A stretch of 64,000 nucleotides of DNA from Lama guanicoe (lineage: Eukaryota). The stretch covers positions 2,418,001 through 2,482,000 of the forward strand of contig MU053304.1 in assembly GCA_013239625.1 (NCBI GenBank), given 5' to 3'. A program made the position numbers and the translations under genes. The notes beneath the pieces were generated by a model. That model did not search any database, was not told the DNA's origin, and was given only the letters and a program-made list of their open reading frames with translations. This document shows, in pieces, positions 24,711 through 38,539 of this stretch (its first letter is position 1; each line of letters opens with the position of its first letter).

Positions 24711-26257
24711 CTCACTTCCTCAAATCCCTTTCTTTTATTCTCTTCTTCTGGAATTTACAGACATCCGTCTGGATCATATGCATATTGATTTCCTCTTATG
24801 TTAGATGAGGGTTTCTCTTTTGTACATTGCCACCCCCACCCCACTTTTCTTTACCCTCTTCCTAATGGATTTATAATTTTTAGTTTAAATAACATTCAGT
24901 GTTTCTTTGACGTCTTTGCAAATGTTATTCAAACACTGAGTGAATTATGATGTTTTCCTTCTTTCTGTTTTTCTTGAAATTAAAGTAGTTGCTTTTTTAA
25001 TTTGCTTTTTATTTTTGCACTTATTGCTAATTCTTCCAACCTCCTGATAGCTCCATAGGACAATTTTCCATGAGGTCAATAAGCCCAGTTAATCTACCGA
25101 GACATTTCCTTCTTCACGAATCCCAGTACCTCTTTTGGAGACTTCCTTGTCTTCTCTGGGCTAGTTTTGCTCCAGGTCTGCTGCACACCGTCACCAGGTT
25201 GCTACTTCTCTGAACTATTCTCCTTGGAATTTACTAATCATTTACTAATCTGGAGTTTAATGCTTTATTTTCTAGCTATTATGTCTTCCTCTTTCTTAGT
25301 TTACAAACTTGGAGCGAAACACATCCTCCAGAAATTTCATCAAGCTCAAGATGGCACCTCCACGGGGGGTGCAGAGCTGACAGCCCTCCATATGTTTGTT
25401 TCCTGTGTCACTACTCCAGGAATGTCTGTATATGTCTGGGCCACAGTTGTTTCCCTGAGATCAACCTCCTGCTCTATCTTGACAAGTCTCATCACTTCCC
25501 TCCTATGTTGCATATTTCCTGTTATGAATCTCTCATCATCTCTCTCTCTCTCTTTTTTTTTTTTTTGGTCTGCTCCCTCTTAAGGTGGAAATCATCTTCA
25601 GGAAGCCCCTTTAGAAAGGCTGCAATGGAAGTAACTGTTTTAAGAGCTTGAATTGAGAAAATTTTTTTCTATCCTGGCAGGTGGTAGGTAGTTTGAGTGT
25701 AGAACATGCTGTTGGAAATAACTTTTCTTCGGCATGGTAGAGTCAGAACCCATCGTCTTATTGCTCCTTTTGTTGTTATTGAGGAGTCTAAAATCATTCG
25801 TATTCCTGATTCTTTGTAGGAATTTTCTTTTTTAATTTTCCTTTCTAGAAGATCATAGAACTGTCTTTGTCCCCGTCAATCTAAAATTTCACGATGTTGT
25901 TCTTCTACATTGATACGTTTCATTACATCATGCGATCTCATTTCCACTGGCTACCCTATTACATTTCTTTCTTTCTGCAAGAGACTTATCCTGTCAGGCC
26001 ACCGCAGCTCCAGGTTGTCATAAAAAGTGTTATCTTCAGATCTGCAACACCATGGCCTGTAACATTTTAAGATCAATTTACTGGGGTTACCTAGTTAAAA
26101 CTCTTTATCTTTTTAAGGATCTGATATTTCACCTGTTTGTGGTGAAAAATCAATGCTGTCTATATTAAACACAGTGTACAAACAGTGGCCCAAAATAAGA
26201 GGGAAATTGATTTCAGCACAGTAAATTATTTTTGCCAAGGGAAAAATGTGTTCTATA

Positions 26258-28225
26258 CAAGCATGCCTCAGAGATATTGTGGGCCCAGTTCCAGATCACC
26301 ACAATAAAGCAAATATTCCAATAAGGTAAGTCACATGTATTTTTTTGGTTTCCCAGTGCATATAAAAGTAATGTTTACACTATAGTCAAGTAAATGTGCA
26401 ATAGTCTTATGTCTAAAAACACAATGCAAGCATTTTAATTGAAAATATTTTATTACTGAAAAATTCTAATCATTCCCCAAGCCCTCAGCAAGTTGTAATC
26501 TTATTGCTGATGGAGAGTCTGGACTTGATGTTGATGGTTGCTCGCTGATCCAGGGTGGTGGCTGCTGAAAATTGGGGTGACTATGGCAATTTCTCAAAAT
26601 AAGACAACAGTGGAATTTGTCACATCGATTGACTCTTCCTTTCACAGACAATTTCTCTGCAGCATGCAGTGCTCTGCAGTAGCATCTTACCCACAGCAGG
26701 ACTTCTTTAAAAATTGGAGTCAATCCTGTTAAACCCTGCTATCGCTTTATCAACTAAGTTTATGTAATATTCTAAATCCTTTGTTGTCATTTCGATGATC
26801 TTCATAGTGTCTTCGCCAGGGAGAGAGTCCATCTCAAGAAACCGCTTTCTTTGCTCATCCAGAAGAAGCAACTCCTCTTCCACAAAAGTTTCATCATGGA
26901 ATTGCAGCAATTCAGTCACATCTTCAGGCTCCACTGCTAATTCTAGTTCTCTTCATATTTCTACCTCATCTGCAGTTATTTCCTCCACTGAAATCTTGAA
27001 CTCGTCCAAGTCATCCATGAGGCTGGAATCAACTTCTTACAGACTCCTGTTAATGCTGCTATTCTGACCTCTTCCCATGAATCACAAATGTTCTTAATGG
27101 CATCTAGAATGGTGGGTCTTTTTCAGCAGGTTTTCAATGTACTTTGCCCAGATCTAGAGGAATCATTATCCATCATAGCTATAGCCTTACAAAATATTTT
27201 TCTTAAATAACAAGACTTGAAAGTAGAGATTACTTTTTGCCCCATTGGCCACAGAACAGATATTGTGTTAGCAGGCAAGAAAACAACATTAATCTCAGAC
27301 AATTCCATCAGAACTCTTGGGTGACCAGGTACATTGTCAATCAGCAGCTTCATCTTGCACTTTTCTGTTATAGAGATGGCTTCTTTCCTTAAACCTCATA
27401 AATCAACCTCTGTGAGCTTCAAATTTTCCTTCTGCAGCTTCCTCACCTCCTTCAGCCTTCACAGAATTGAAGAGAGTCAGGGCCTTGCTCTAGATTAGGC
27501 TTTGGCTTAAGTGAATGTTGTGGCTGGTTTGATCTTGTATCTGGACCACTCAAACTTTCTCCATATCAGCAATAGAGCTGCTTTGCTTTCTTATCATTTG
27601 TGTGTTCGCTGGAGTAGCACTCTTGATTTCCTTCAAGAACTTTTCCTTTACATTTGCGACTTGGCTAACTGTTTGGCACCAGAGGCCTAGTTTTCGGCCT
27701 GTCTTGGCTTTTGACATGACTTCCTCACTGAGTATAATTGTTTCTAGCTTTTGACTTAGAGTGAATAATGTGGACTCTTCTTTTCACTTGAACACTAGGA
27801 AGCCTTTGTAGAGTTATTAATTGGCCTAATTTCAGCAGTGCGTTTCAGGGAAAAGTGGCCCAAGCAGAGGGAGAGAGGTGGGGTGAATAGCAGTTCAGAG
27901 GAGCAGTCAGAATACACACAATACTCATCAATTAAGTTTTCCATCTATATGGGAGTGGTTTGTGGTGCCTCAAAGAATTGTAAGAGTATCATCAAAGATC
28001 TCTGATCACAGATCATCATAACAGATATAATATTTATAAAAAATTTTGAAATATTGTGAGAATTACCAAAATATGACACAGAGATACGAAATGAGCAAAT
28101 GGTGTTGGAAAAATGGTGCTGAAAGACTTGTTCTATGCAGGGTTGCCACAAACTTTCCATCTGTAAGAAACCAAAATATCTGCAAAGTACAATAAAGCAA
28201 AGTGCAATAAAATGAAGTATGTCTG
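26258..28225 (-). mobile_element. Tigger1 (TcMar-Tigger/pogo) DNA transposon, internally deleted, with disrupted transposase
   Basis: Terminal inverted repeats caagcatgcctc.../...gaagtatgtctg flanked by TA at 26256-26257 and 28226-28227; transposase peptides LLIDNVPGHP, NVVFLPANT and [13 protein letters not shown] in the ORF track. Confidence 0.95.
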
Positions 28226-28440
28226 TATTTTGAGGTGCAGGTCTAAGTTGGAAAGTGCGTGTTGACATAGTTTTCAAAGACCCATCAGAATTCTTTCAGT
28301 TGAAGAAATCTAAGAATGAATTAAGAATAGTGACAACATTTTATACCACCAAGATCACTGATGCAACTCTACCCTTCTGAGTGGCCCTAAACTTTCCAAG
28401 GAATTTGAGTTTCACTCACAATATTACCATCTACTTCTCA

Positions 28441-29130
28441 GGACAAGATACCCAGCTCAAAAGAGACCTCACCTGCTTTGTCAAATGGCTCAATGGCATC
28501 AGATTGCAGAAGCAAAGCGGCTAAAATTGCTTCCCAAGATTAACTGGTTCACCCCATCCTTGGACCTCCAGTTACTCAACTGCTTAAGCTGGCCCACAAG
28601 TACAGACCAGACAAGGAGCAAGAGGAGAAGCCAAGGTTGTTGTCTCAGGCTGAGAAGAAAGCTGCTGGCAAAGGGGATGTCTCCACCAAGAGGCCACCTG
28701 TCCCTCGAGCAGGGCTTAACACTGTCACCACGTTGGTGGGGAACAAGAAGATTCAGCTGGTGGAGATTGCAAACAATGTGGATCCCATTGAGCTGGTTGT
28801 CTTCCTGCCCGCCCTGTGTCATGAAATGAGATTCCGTACTGCCTTAGCAAAGGGAAGGCCAGGCTGGGGCATCTAGTCCACAGAAAGACATATATTGCTG
28901 TCACCTTCTCACGAGTTAACTCAGAAGACAAAGGAGTTCAGGCTAAGCTATCAGGACCAATTACAATGACAGATATGATGAGAACCGCCATCACTAGGGA
29001 GGCAAAATCCTAGGTCTAAAGTCACCAAGCTGGAAAAGGCAAAGGCCAAAGAACTGGTGGTCAAACTGAGCTAAGTCTACACTATCAAGTTTTCTGTACA
29101 TAAAAGTAAAAAAAAAAAAGTTTCCTTCAA
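28441..29130 (+). pseudogene. RPL7A: Processed, 5'-truncated pseudogene of 60S ribosomal protein L7a
   Basis: Intronless match from GQDxQxKRDLTxFVKW through [30 protein letters not shown]...[14 protein letters not shown] to KLEKAKAKEL-stop (29072-29074) plus 3' UTR; frameshifts and a TGG>TAG nonsense at 28995. Confidence 0.95.
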
Positions 29131-29269
29131 ATGAAGGAATTAAGATCATATGAAAAGACTAAACGAACAGGTATTTGGCTGATTCCTAGGATGTGAGGAA
29201 CTAGGAAGAAAATATGTTTATTTGGCAAGATCTATGTGTTGATCACTATGTATAATGTCAAAATGACTT

Positions 29270-29410
29270 TGCAAATATTACTATCTCCACTTTAAAAGTG
29301 GAGAAACAGGCTCAGAGAAATTATGTAACTTATTCAAAGTCTTTCAGCTTGTACAACATAAAAGGGTGATTTAAACTCAGGTTTGTTGAATTTCCAGTTC
29401 ATTATTTCTG
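29270..29410 (-). mobile_element. MIR fragment
   Basis: ggagaaacaggctcagagaaattatgtaacttattcaaagtc...atttaaactcagg. Confidence 0.7.
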
Positions 29411-30644
29411 CTACATCTTGAAATTGCCCTGGACTATAGGAAATGAAATTTTACCATGTGCTATAAATTCCACAAAATGCCTGAAAGTGAAGTATGTTCC
29501 CTACAGTGAAAATAAACTCCTTGCTATGTAACTAAACCCCTACACTTTAAAACTGAAAACAGTAGAATTAATCAATTAAAAGAAAAAGTATTCGTTTGGT
29601 TGAATAAATCAGTAAATCTTCATGGAACATTTGATATGAGTAAAAGGCAATATAATGGAGACTATTGTTTCTACTTTTTAATTAATATCCAAAATGCAAA
29701 ATACAAATATAAAAGATGGGGTATATCTAAAATTTATATTGATATAAACTATGTATTGAACTACAGAAACTATATCAATATAAACTAAAAATACTAGACA
29801 CAAAAAGGATATTTCATCTCCAAAATAAAAAGAAATCTTTGATATGTAAACTAGAATTAAATCTCAGAATTCTGTTTAGGTTACAAAAATTTAACACTTA
29901 CACTTTTCACCCTTGATTTATTTAAGATAAATGATACAATTTTTGAGATAGTGTTTTCTAACAACCCTGTGATAGAATTAAAATATCTGAGTATTATATC
30001 TTGCCTGACTACTTACTTAGGGAAAACTCTAGATACCCTATCTTATTTTCAACCTTTGAAAATAGTCTTTAAAATAGATAAAATAAAAATTTTAAAAAGG
30101 AAGTCATGATTGTAGCAGATATGATGAAATGGGACTGGTCACACATTAGATAATGTATAATTTTACTTGAATAAGTTAATTATATGTTGTAGGACAGTTT
30201 TGACTTGTCTGGACAAACACATTTTGTCCTCTGTTTATGCAAACAATGGTAGAAAGCATAAAGATATGCTTGATCCCAGTTGGCTTGTAACTACTATTTT
30301 CATTTGCAAGAGGGCTATGTTCTTACATTCTTGGCTCCAAAGCCAGCACAAATTATGCTCCCTGTGATTAAAAGATGATATTGGCTATCCTTCCCTCAGC
30401 CTTGGGGCCACCTTGTCTGGGCTCTAAGTGTGAGATAAAGCTTAAACTCATCCTCTTTTGCCTTTTATCATTACCAACAGACTTTCTGTTCTCAGGAGAA
30501 AAATGGCAATTAGTCTCCCTATTGAGTTAAAGGATAATTAGAGATTTTATTATTTCTCTATTTAAATATCCTTGACATTTTTATTAGATAGTTCTTATGG
30601 TTTTAGGTTGAAATGAAGTGTGATGGTTTTTACTTTTTGTTGGT

Positions 30645-31045
30645 GTATTAATTTTCTAGGGCTTCCATTACAAATACCACAGACTAGGGGGCTTGAACAA
30701 CAGAAATTTATTGTCTCACAATTCTGGAGGTTGGAAGTCCAAGATCAAGGTGTTGGCCAGGTTGGTGTCTCCTGAGGGTTCCCTCCTTGGCTAGCAGATG
30801 CCACCTTCTCATTGGGCCCACCCATAGTCTTCCCTCGGTGGATGTGCACGCCGGTATCTCTCTCTAAATGTCCTCTTCTTATAAAGACACCAGTCAGATT
30901 GATTGCCGTCAACTTTAAATACCTCTTCTCAACTTATTCACCTTTTTAAAGATATCTTCAAATGCATCCACATTCTGAGATTCTGAGGTGTCAGAGTTGA
31001 GACATCAATATATAAACTCTGGATAACACAATTCAGTCCATAACT
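30645..31045 (-). mobile_element. MLT1 (ERVL-MaLR) solo LTR
   Basis: acaacagaaatttattgtctcacaattctggaggttggaagtccaagatcaaggtg...acacaattcagtccataac. Confidence 0.85.
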
Positions 31046-32038
31046 GTTGGAATGCTCAATTTTTAATACACATATGAGATATTGGAATAAACTATCTTTG
31101 AGGCTTTTTGACAAAATACTGGAAACTCCACTGAAGTTTAGTTGAAAATATTCTCTGTGTTTCTCTATTAATTCTCAGGTATCTAATTCCTTACTAGTCT
31201 CTTGTAGTGAAGATATTCTCCCAAAAAGTTTGTTAGTTTTTTATCTATGCTTATGCTGAGTTTTTTCCTAATCCCATTCCACCATTTTGTTAATGCCAAT
31301 TGTTTTTCATTACACTCATATTTTTTAAGATTATATGTATCCTACTCTATATATCCCCCTATAGGTAGCCTCATTCCTTTTACGTTTTATAGCTATGTCA
31401 CAGAAGCTATGTCTTTCAATATATAAATATTATCTCTTTCAATAATAAAAACAACACAGTGAACTCCACTTCCATGCAAGATGGAATGACCATTACTCTA
31501 GCAAGAGCACAATGGATAAACTAAAAATTATGCTTTTTTTTTAAAGCCACCAAAGTATGGTGAATAAATAGAAGTCTAGTGAACTAAATTCCAAACAGGG
31601 ATAAACCCTTCGTAACAGAGTGAAAAACAGCTGTCACCTTCATATATGGGACTATTGCCTTGCCCTGCTACTGGCAGAAGCTAAGGAAAGACGTATGCAG
31701 AAAGATTCATTTTTCTGGGCAAAGGAAAATGAGTTAGAGTTTGATTGACAGAATGACCTGGCATGATAGATAGAAGTCTGGAGAAGCACAAGTGCCAAAA
31801 TAAATCCATTCTGAAAATTCTTATGTTCTGGGAATCTTGCTGATTTCCCACTGGAAAATAGCAGGAGAGGAAAAGGAGATCTTGCATCACACACAAGACT
31901 GAAATTTAATCTAGAGGTGAACTGAAGCTAACCATTTTCCTCCCAGCTCAAATTCTAATGAGATTAAAGAAATGAGCCCTCCAGAAGGCAATAAGGGGAA
32001 TTCAGGAGTTGGGCTCTAAGGCAAAGGAGATTTATGTA

Positions 32039-32190
32039 CAGTTGGCCCTCCATACCAGGGATGTGGAACCTGTGGATATAGAGGGCCCGCTATACTAGGC
32101 AATTTTATATAAAGGGCTTGAGCATTCCTGGATTTTGGTAGTTGCAGGGGCAGTGGCACTAATCCCCCCACGGATGCTGAGGGATGACTG
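32039..32190 (-). mobile_element. Short MER2-like Tigger MITE
   Basis: Termini cagttggccctc / gagggatgactg; internal tatataaagggcttgagcattcctggattttggta matches the MER2 consensus as recalled; TA at the left end. Confidence 0.8.
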
Positions 32191-32761
32191 TTATCTCATT
32201 TGAAAACAGTTATAAACTAAAACTAATTAAAGTTGTGGCTCACAAGACACATAAATGATCAGCCTTCATCCTTGCTGCCTAGCAAAGAAAAGTGTGAATT
32301 CTATCAGGGAAAACCAAAACAAAACAAAAACATACTCTACTGTCCCTTTATACAAAATATGTGACATACATTAAAAAATTATTATTAGATTTACAAATAA
32401 ACAGGGCAATGTGACCTATAATCAAGAGGCAGACTCATGGATTACCTTGATTTTGGAACAAACAGATAAGGAATTTAAAAATAATTATTATGAAGTAGTT
32501 ATAACATTTAGAGGAAAGATGCATAACATTGAAGAACAGATAGAGAATTTCAGCAGAGAAGCAGAAACCCAGTATTAAACCAAGTGGAAATTCTAGAACT
32601 GAAAATTAAAATGCATGAAATGAAGAATTCATTGGATAGATTTAATATGATTTGAGCAGCAGAAGGAAAGATCAGGTAGTCAGAGATGGGTCAATAGAAA
32701 TTCAGAATAAATATAAAGAGACTACAATCAGACACACTTAAGCAAAGCTTGTGGAAATCTG

Positions 32762-34090
32762 AGCCACAGCAATCAGAGAAGAAAAGTAAAAAGGAATACA
32801 AATTGGAAAGGAAGAAGTAAAACTGGCACTGTTTGCAGATGACATGATACTATACATAGAAAATCCTAAAGATGCTACCAGAAAACTACTAGAGCTCATA
32901 CATGAATTCAGTAAAATTGCTGGATATAAAATTAAAAGAAATCTGTTATATTTCTACACAGTAACAACAAAATGTCAGAAAGAGAAATTAAAGAAACAAT
33001 TTCATTTACCATCACATCAAAAAGAAAAAATCTAGGAATAAACCTACCTAAGGAGGCAAAAGACCTGCACTCTGAAACTATAAGCTGATGAATGAAATTG
33101 AAGATGACATAGACAGATGGAAAGCTATACCATGTTTTTGGATTACAAGAATCAATATTGTGAAAATGACCATACTACCTATGGCAATCTACAGATTCAA
33201 TGCAATCCTTTTCAAATTACCAATGGCATTTTTCATAGAACTGGCACAAAAATTTTAAAATTTGTATGGAAATGCAAAGGATCCCAAATAGCCTAAACAA
33301 TCCTGAGAAAGAAAAATGGAGCTGAAGGAATTAGGCTCCCTGACTTCAGACTATACTACAAAATTACAGCAATCCAAACAATATGGTACTGGTACAAAAA
33401 CAGACACATAGATCAATAGAACAGGATAGGAAACCCAGAAATAAACCCACACACTTATGCTCAATTAGTGTATGACAAAGGTGACAAGAATATACAATGG
33501 AGAAAGGTTGGTCTCCTCAATAAGCGATGCTGGGAATACTGGACACATACATGTGAGAAAAGGCAATTAGAACATTCACTAACACTGTATACAAACATAA
33601 GCTCAAAACGGATCAAAGACCTAAATGTAAGACTGGATATTCTAAAACTCCTAGAAGAAAACATAGGCAGAGTATTCTTTGACATAAATAGCAGCAATAT
33701 TTTTTTGGATCCATCTCCTAGAGTAATGGAAATAAAGGCAAAAATAAGTAAATGGGACTTGGTTAAACTTAAAAGCTTTTGCACAGCAAAGGAAACCATA
33801 AACAGAATGGTTTGAAAAGACAACCTACAGAATAGGAGAAAATATTTGCAGATGATGCAACCAACAAGGAGCTAGTTTCTGAAATATACAAACAGATCAT
33901 ATAGCTCAATATTAAAAAAACAAACAACCCAATAAAAAAACGGTCAGAAGACCTAAATACACATCTCTCCAAGGCATCCAAATGACCAACAAGCACATAA
34001 ATAGATACTCAATATTGCTAATTATTAGAGAAATGCAAATAAAAATGCAATGAGGTATCACCTCATAGCAGAATGGCTGCCATTAAAAAG
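32762..34090 (+). mobile_element. Relatively young L1 ORF2 fragment (RT and C-terminal region), disrupted
   Basis: [53 protein letters not shown]; several stops and frameshifts. Confidence 0.95.
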
Positions 34091-34099
34091 TTCATCCAG

Positions 34100-36085
34100 G
34101 ATACACAGTCTTTTCACTCACTCATGGAACACATTTACCAAAGTAAACTCATGTTGACTTATAAAGCAGATCTCAAATCCAAAGAACTGAAAACATGCTG
34201 ATAAATGTTTTCAGACCAATGAAATTAAATTAGAAAACTGTATCCAAAAAAATAACTAGAAGATTCCAAAATATCTGGAAAATTTAAAATATATTTCTAA
34301 ATAATCCATAGGTCAAAGAAGAAATCCTAATAGAAATTAGAAAATATTTTAAACAGATGATAATGAAAGCACAACATGTTAAAATTTGCTGGGCACAGTT
34401 AGATCAGTTTTTAGTGGGAAATCTAAAGTTTTTTAAGTGCATATATTGGTAAAGTATGTAAATCTAAAATTAGTGATCTGATTTTCTACATCATGGAGCT
34501 ATAAAAAAGGAAATTAAACCCAAATAAGTAGAAAGAAGGAAATAATAATCTTGGCAAAAATCAACTAAATAAAAAAGATGAACATTAGAGACAATTTTTT
34601 ACAAAACTATGACAAAAATGCAAAGTCTGATTCTTTGAAAAGATTAACAATATTGATAAACCTCTAAAAAGAGTGATCAAGAAAGAGAGAGGGAGAGAGG
34701 GAGACCATGTAAATAACTATTATCTGGGGTGTAAGATAGACCTCACAGACTGCACAAATTTTAAAAAGAAAACAAGAAGTTATTTTTTAACAACTTCTTG
34801 TCAATAAACTAAATAATTAGATGAAATGAGCAGATTCTTCGGATTAAGTTTATAAAGCTAACACAAAACAAAGTGGAAAAACTGAATAGTCCTGTAAGTT
34901 GTAAAGATACTGCATTTGCAAAGAACAAATCATTCATTGAAGAGAACTCCAGGTCCAGATGTCTTTGTTAACGAAATATCTACCCAACATTTAAAGAAAA
35001 AAACATATCACCAGTAAACATTTTCAGAGACAGAGTGGAAATACTTTCCAGCTATGAAACCAGCATAACCCTGACACTAAAACCTGAGTAGAATATTACA
35101 AGAAAAGAACATTACAGGCCAACAACCTTATGACTGTAGATGCAAAAATCCCTTAAAAATATCATTAAACTGAATCTTAACAACATATAAAATATGTAAT
35201 ATGAATAAGTGGAATTTATTCCATCAGTGGAACCTTTTTATTGTTTTGTTTTTTCACAAGGTATTTATTTAACATTCCAAAATCCATTGTTACAAATTAC
35301 AACACACACATGCACCAGAAAAAATGAAAATAAATGTTCAGTTTAATAGATGCGGAAGATCTATTTGACAAATTTCAACCACTCATTTATGATGAAAAGC
35401 TCTCAGTAAACTGTAGGTACATGGGAAATTTCTTATTCTGACAATGCATATCTATGCAAAACCTATGACAAGTATGCTTATGAGGAAATACCAAACAAAT
35501 TTTTCCTAAGATCTTGAACAAGTTAAGGGTGTCTACGTTCACCAGTTACAACTAATATTAAATTGGTCTGGAACTCCTAGCCAGTTCAATAAGGAGAGTG
35601 AAAGAAATAATAGGCATAAAAATGAAAAAGGATGAAGTAAAACTGTATTTGTTGTATATGTAAAAAAATCCAAAACAATCCTCAAACAAGCTACTATCAT
35701 AAGTGAATTTCATAAGCTCCTGGGCTGCAAGGTCAATAGAAAACATGCATTTCTATACACTATCAATAGGTAACTGGAGGAAGAAAATTTGAAAATAAAA
35801 CCATTTACTGTAACACGAAAAAACATCAAATCCTAGGAAAATATAGAGAAAAATATTACATCTCAATACTAGAAGCTACAAAATATGACTATCAGAAATC
35901 AATGAAGACCTAAAAAATTACTTGGAAGAATCGATATCATTACAGCGTGCATCTGATGCAACATAATTCTAATAAAACATCCCAGCTCTCTCTTTAGAAA
36001 TTAACGTATTGGTTTTAAGACTTATATGTAATTCCAAAGGATCTAAATAGACAGGACGATCTTGAAGATGAAGAACAAAGTTAGG
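34100..36085 (+). mobile_element. Older, highly decayed L1 ORF2; its 5'/ORF1 part lies at about 31460-32760
   Basis: ttctttgaaaagattaacaatattgataaacctct; ctccaggtccagatg; tatgaaaccagcataaccctgacactaaaacc; gatgcaaaaatccc. Confidence 0.85.
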
Positions 36086-36617
36086 TTTACTCTATCTCAT
36101 TCACTCTGTGATTCCATTTCTACATGGAGAAAAGGAGAAATCAGAAGAATGATTACTTAGAGGAGGGATTTTTCTGAAACGGAAAAAAGAAGAAACATTC
36201 TCAGTCTTGTCCAACTAAAACTAACTTTTTATTCCTGTCTTGGACTAATCCAATAACTTAAAGCGAAGTAAGGAAATAATGAAGAACAATCATAAGGCAT
36301 TAATCAATAGACAAGTTTTGAGTGAAATCCTTATTCTTTGAAACATATTCTTAGATTACTTTATCTCTGCACTGACTTGGCCTTTTTTAATCTTTTGCTT
36401 CAGTATGAGGGGGAAGAGAAGTTTCTCTAACTTTCTGAACCACTTCGTCATCTGACAGCATCTAAAACAAAGTAGGCTTTTGTAAATTTTCCTGATGACA
36501 GCCCAACTGAAGATGAATTTCATTTATAGCTGACTGCTGCTAGCAACCAGCTGGGGGCTGAATGGAGTATTTAGAATAGCTATTATTCAATGCTCCCTCA
36601 AAAGTAAATGAACTTAC

Positions 36618-36665
36618 CCATGTGCTTGCTCAACAGTTAGTGGAAACAAATATGAAGGCTTACTC
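36618..36665 (-). other. Candidate exon (48 nt; SKPSYLFPLTVEQAH in phase 2-2)
   Basis: Acceptor ctctccacctttaaactctgccttctctag|G and donor TGG|GTAAGT, in unique sequence. Confidence 0.35.
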
Positions 36666-38539
36666 CTAGAGAAGGCAGAGTTTAAAGGTGGAGAGACCCT
36701 TGGCCCATGACAGATAGAAGTATTAGACTTGAATCATGAGTGAGGGCAGGGAGGGAGACAGTTATTTGGGGCAAAAAATGATATATCTGAAATTAACAGC
36801 TAACCAACACTTATGGAATGTACTGAGGGATTTTTTTTTTTAAGTTTTGTTTTTAGAAAAGAGTTTAGTAGAGTTAAAAATTTATGTTCGCCTGCAGCTG
36901 TGAAAAACTTCCTTGGTAACTTTTCATTTTTTAATGCATCTCATTGGTGGTGGTCAGATGCTATACATCACTACCAACACTTTTATGCCTGGTCTGTGCC
37001 TATTTGTAGCAATATCCTTAAATCATAGTAATTGGGTCCTTTGTGTTTTCCATCACAAATCTTGTATGAAAGTGCAGTTTCCTTACTTCCTCCCATATCT
37101 TCCTTTTGCCTATTCTTATTTCAGCCTAGACTAGATAACTGTTTCAAGGACATTGTTTGAAATTTTTACCTTCTTCTTTTTTTTTTTAACAGGGGTATTT
37201 ATTTGAGTCGTAGGTGATCAACTCTTTTGTCCCTTTCATGTTACTCTATTTTTTTAAGCTCTCCAAGCCTACGTTTAAGGATCACGTCTAAACATCATGA
37301 CAAGTTCTGTGTTTCATTTTTTCAGTAGGATTAACATTTCTGATATGAATTCTAGTGATCAAGTTATAGAAAATAACTACCTGAAAAGCCTCAAATACTT
37401 CTTATCTTGAATTCTGAATAATAACATCATTTGACAAATCCCATCTAATAAACTCATGTCCAGATTATGTGCTCAGTGAATTCCAAAAAGAGTAATCTAT
37501 TGTAATAGATGCCAAATGAGTGTTGGGAATGGCATGTGCTATAGTATGATTTCAATTTTGTATTTAGAATACCTCCCAATTTATGTTCCCTATGGGTATG
37601 TTGTTTTTTCTCTCTCTGTACTTTATCCATAATTAAGACTGTGGAAAAACTCCTGTTAAACAACAGGCAAAGTTTACCCCTTCTCTTGAGGGTCATGTGA
37701 AGAGAGGGACAGAAAGGTCAAATTATAAAATAATAAAGTAATATCTTTAGGAGAAGCTCCCACATATCCATGTACAGCCGGGCATGGGAACATTAATTCA
37801 TGGTTGATGGCAGTGGTTGACTATGATCTTGGGAAATCATGGAATTTAAAATTCACTGATTGCCTGGTGAGAAAGTACACAGAGCTACAGAGAGATGGAA
37901 GATCAGTAGGAATCTGGGTTTAGGACAATGAAGGTTCCACTTGTGAGAGTTTGCAGGTGAACAATTAATTGGCCAGGACCATGGAATCCAACAGTGGCTC
38001 CCCCAAAACCTCAAAGGCCAGGCCTGACCAGTTCCTTCCTAGTACTCATCATTCCAGAGAGCAAACCAAATTAGCTGCTGCACAAGACTCACCACAGAGG
38101 ATCCAGAGTAGATCAATGGAGCAAGATTTGTTTCTACCCTTCATTCCCTGCCACATAGGACCTTAGCTCTACTTCCCACACACAACCAGACATCATCTGG
38201 AGAGGGCAAGGGGAGGAGACAGAGCCAAAGAAGTCTGCTGTAGACTGAGAAGAGATGGAGAGACTGATTACACAGAAGACATTGAGATCATATACATTGG
38301 CACATTTAACTTTTTTATTGTTCAGTGGGGTGAAAAAGATCAGAACCATTAAATGAAATAAACAAAGCTACATTTTCTTTGAACAACTAAGGGCAGCAAG
38401 AGTGAATTAATGACCTGTCTACACATAAAGAGAAAAAGCAATCCCAAATTGGAAAGCAATTGTCTATATTATTAATATTATAAGCAATTGGCCTAAAGGT
38501 CAGTAGGTTTTTTCTTAACTTTCCTTCTAGTGAGAGGCA

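Noticed and set aside
26466..28277. Active or domesticated TIGD-type transposase
   Set aside because: Fragmented ORFs, an internal deletion and retained terminal repeats indicate a dead Tigger1 copy.
28485..28931. ORFs of 68-114 aa on both strands, or a functional RPL7A gene
   Set aside because: They are frameshifted, antisense or partial readings of a truncated processed pseudogene.
32844..33996. Intact reverse transcriptase gene
   Set aside because: L1 ORF2 fragment with stops and frameshifts, lacking the N-terminal RT and endonuclease regions.
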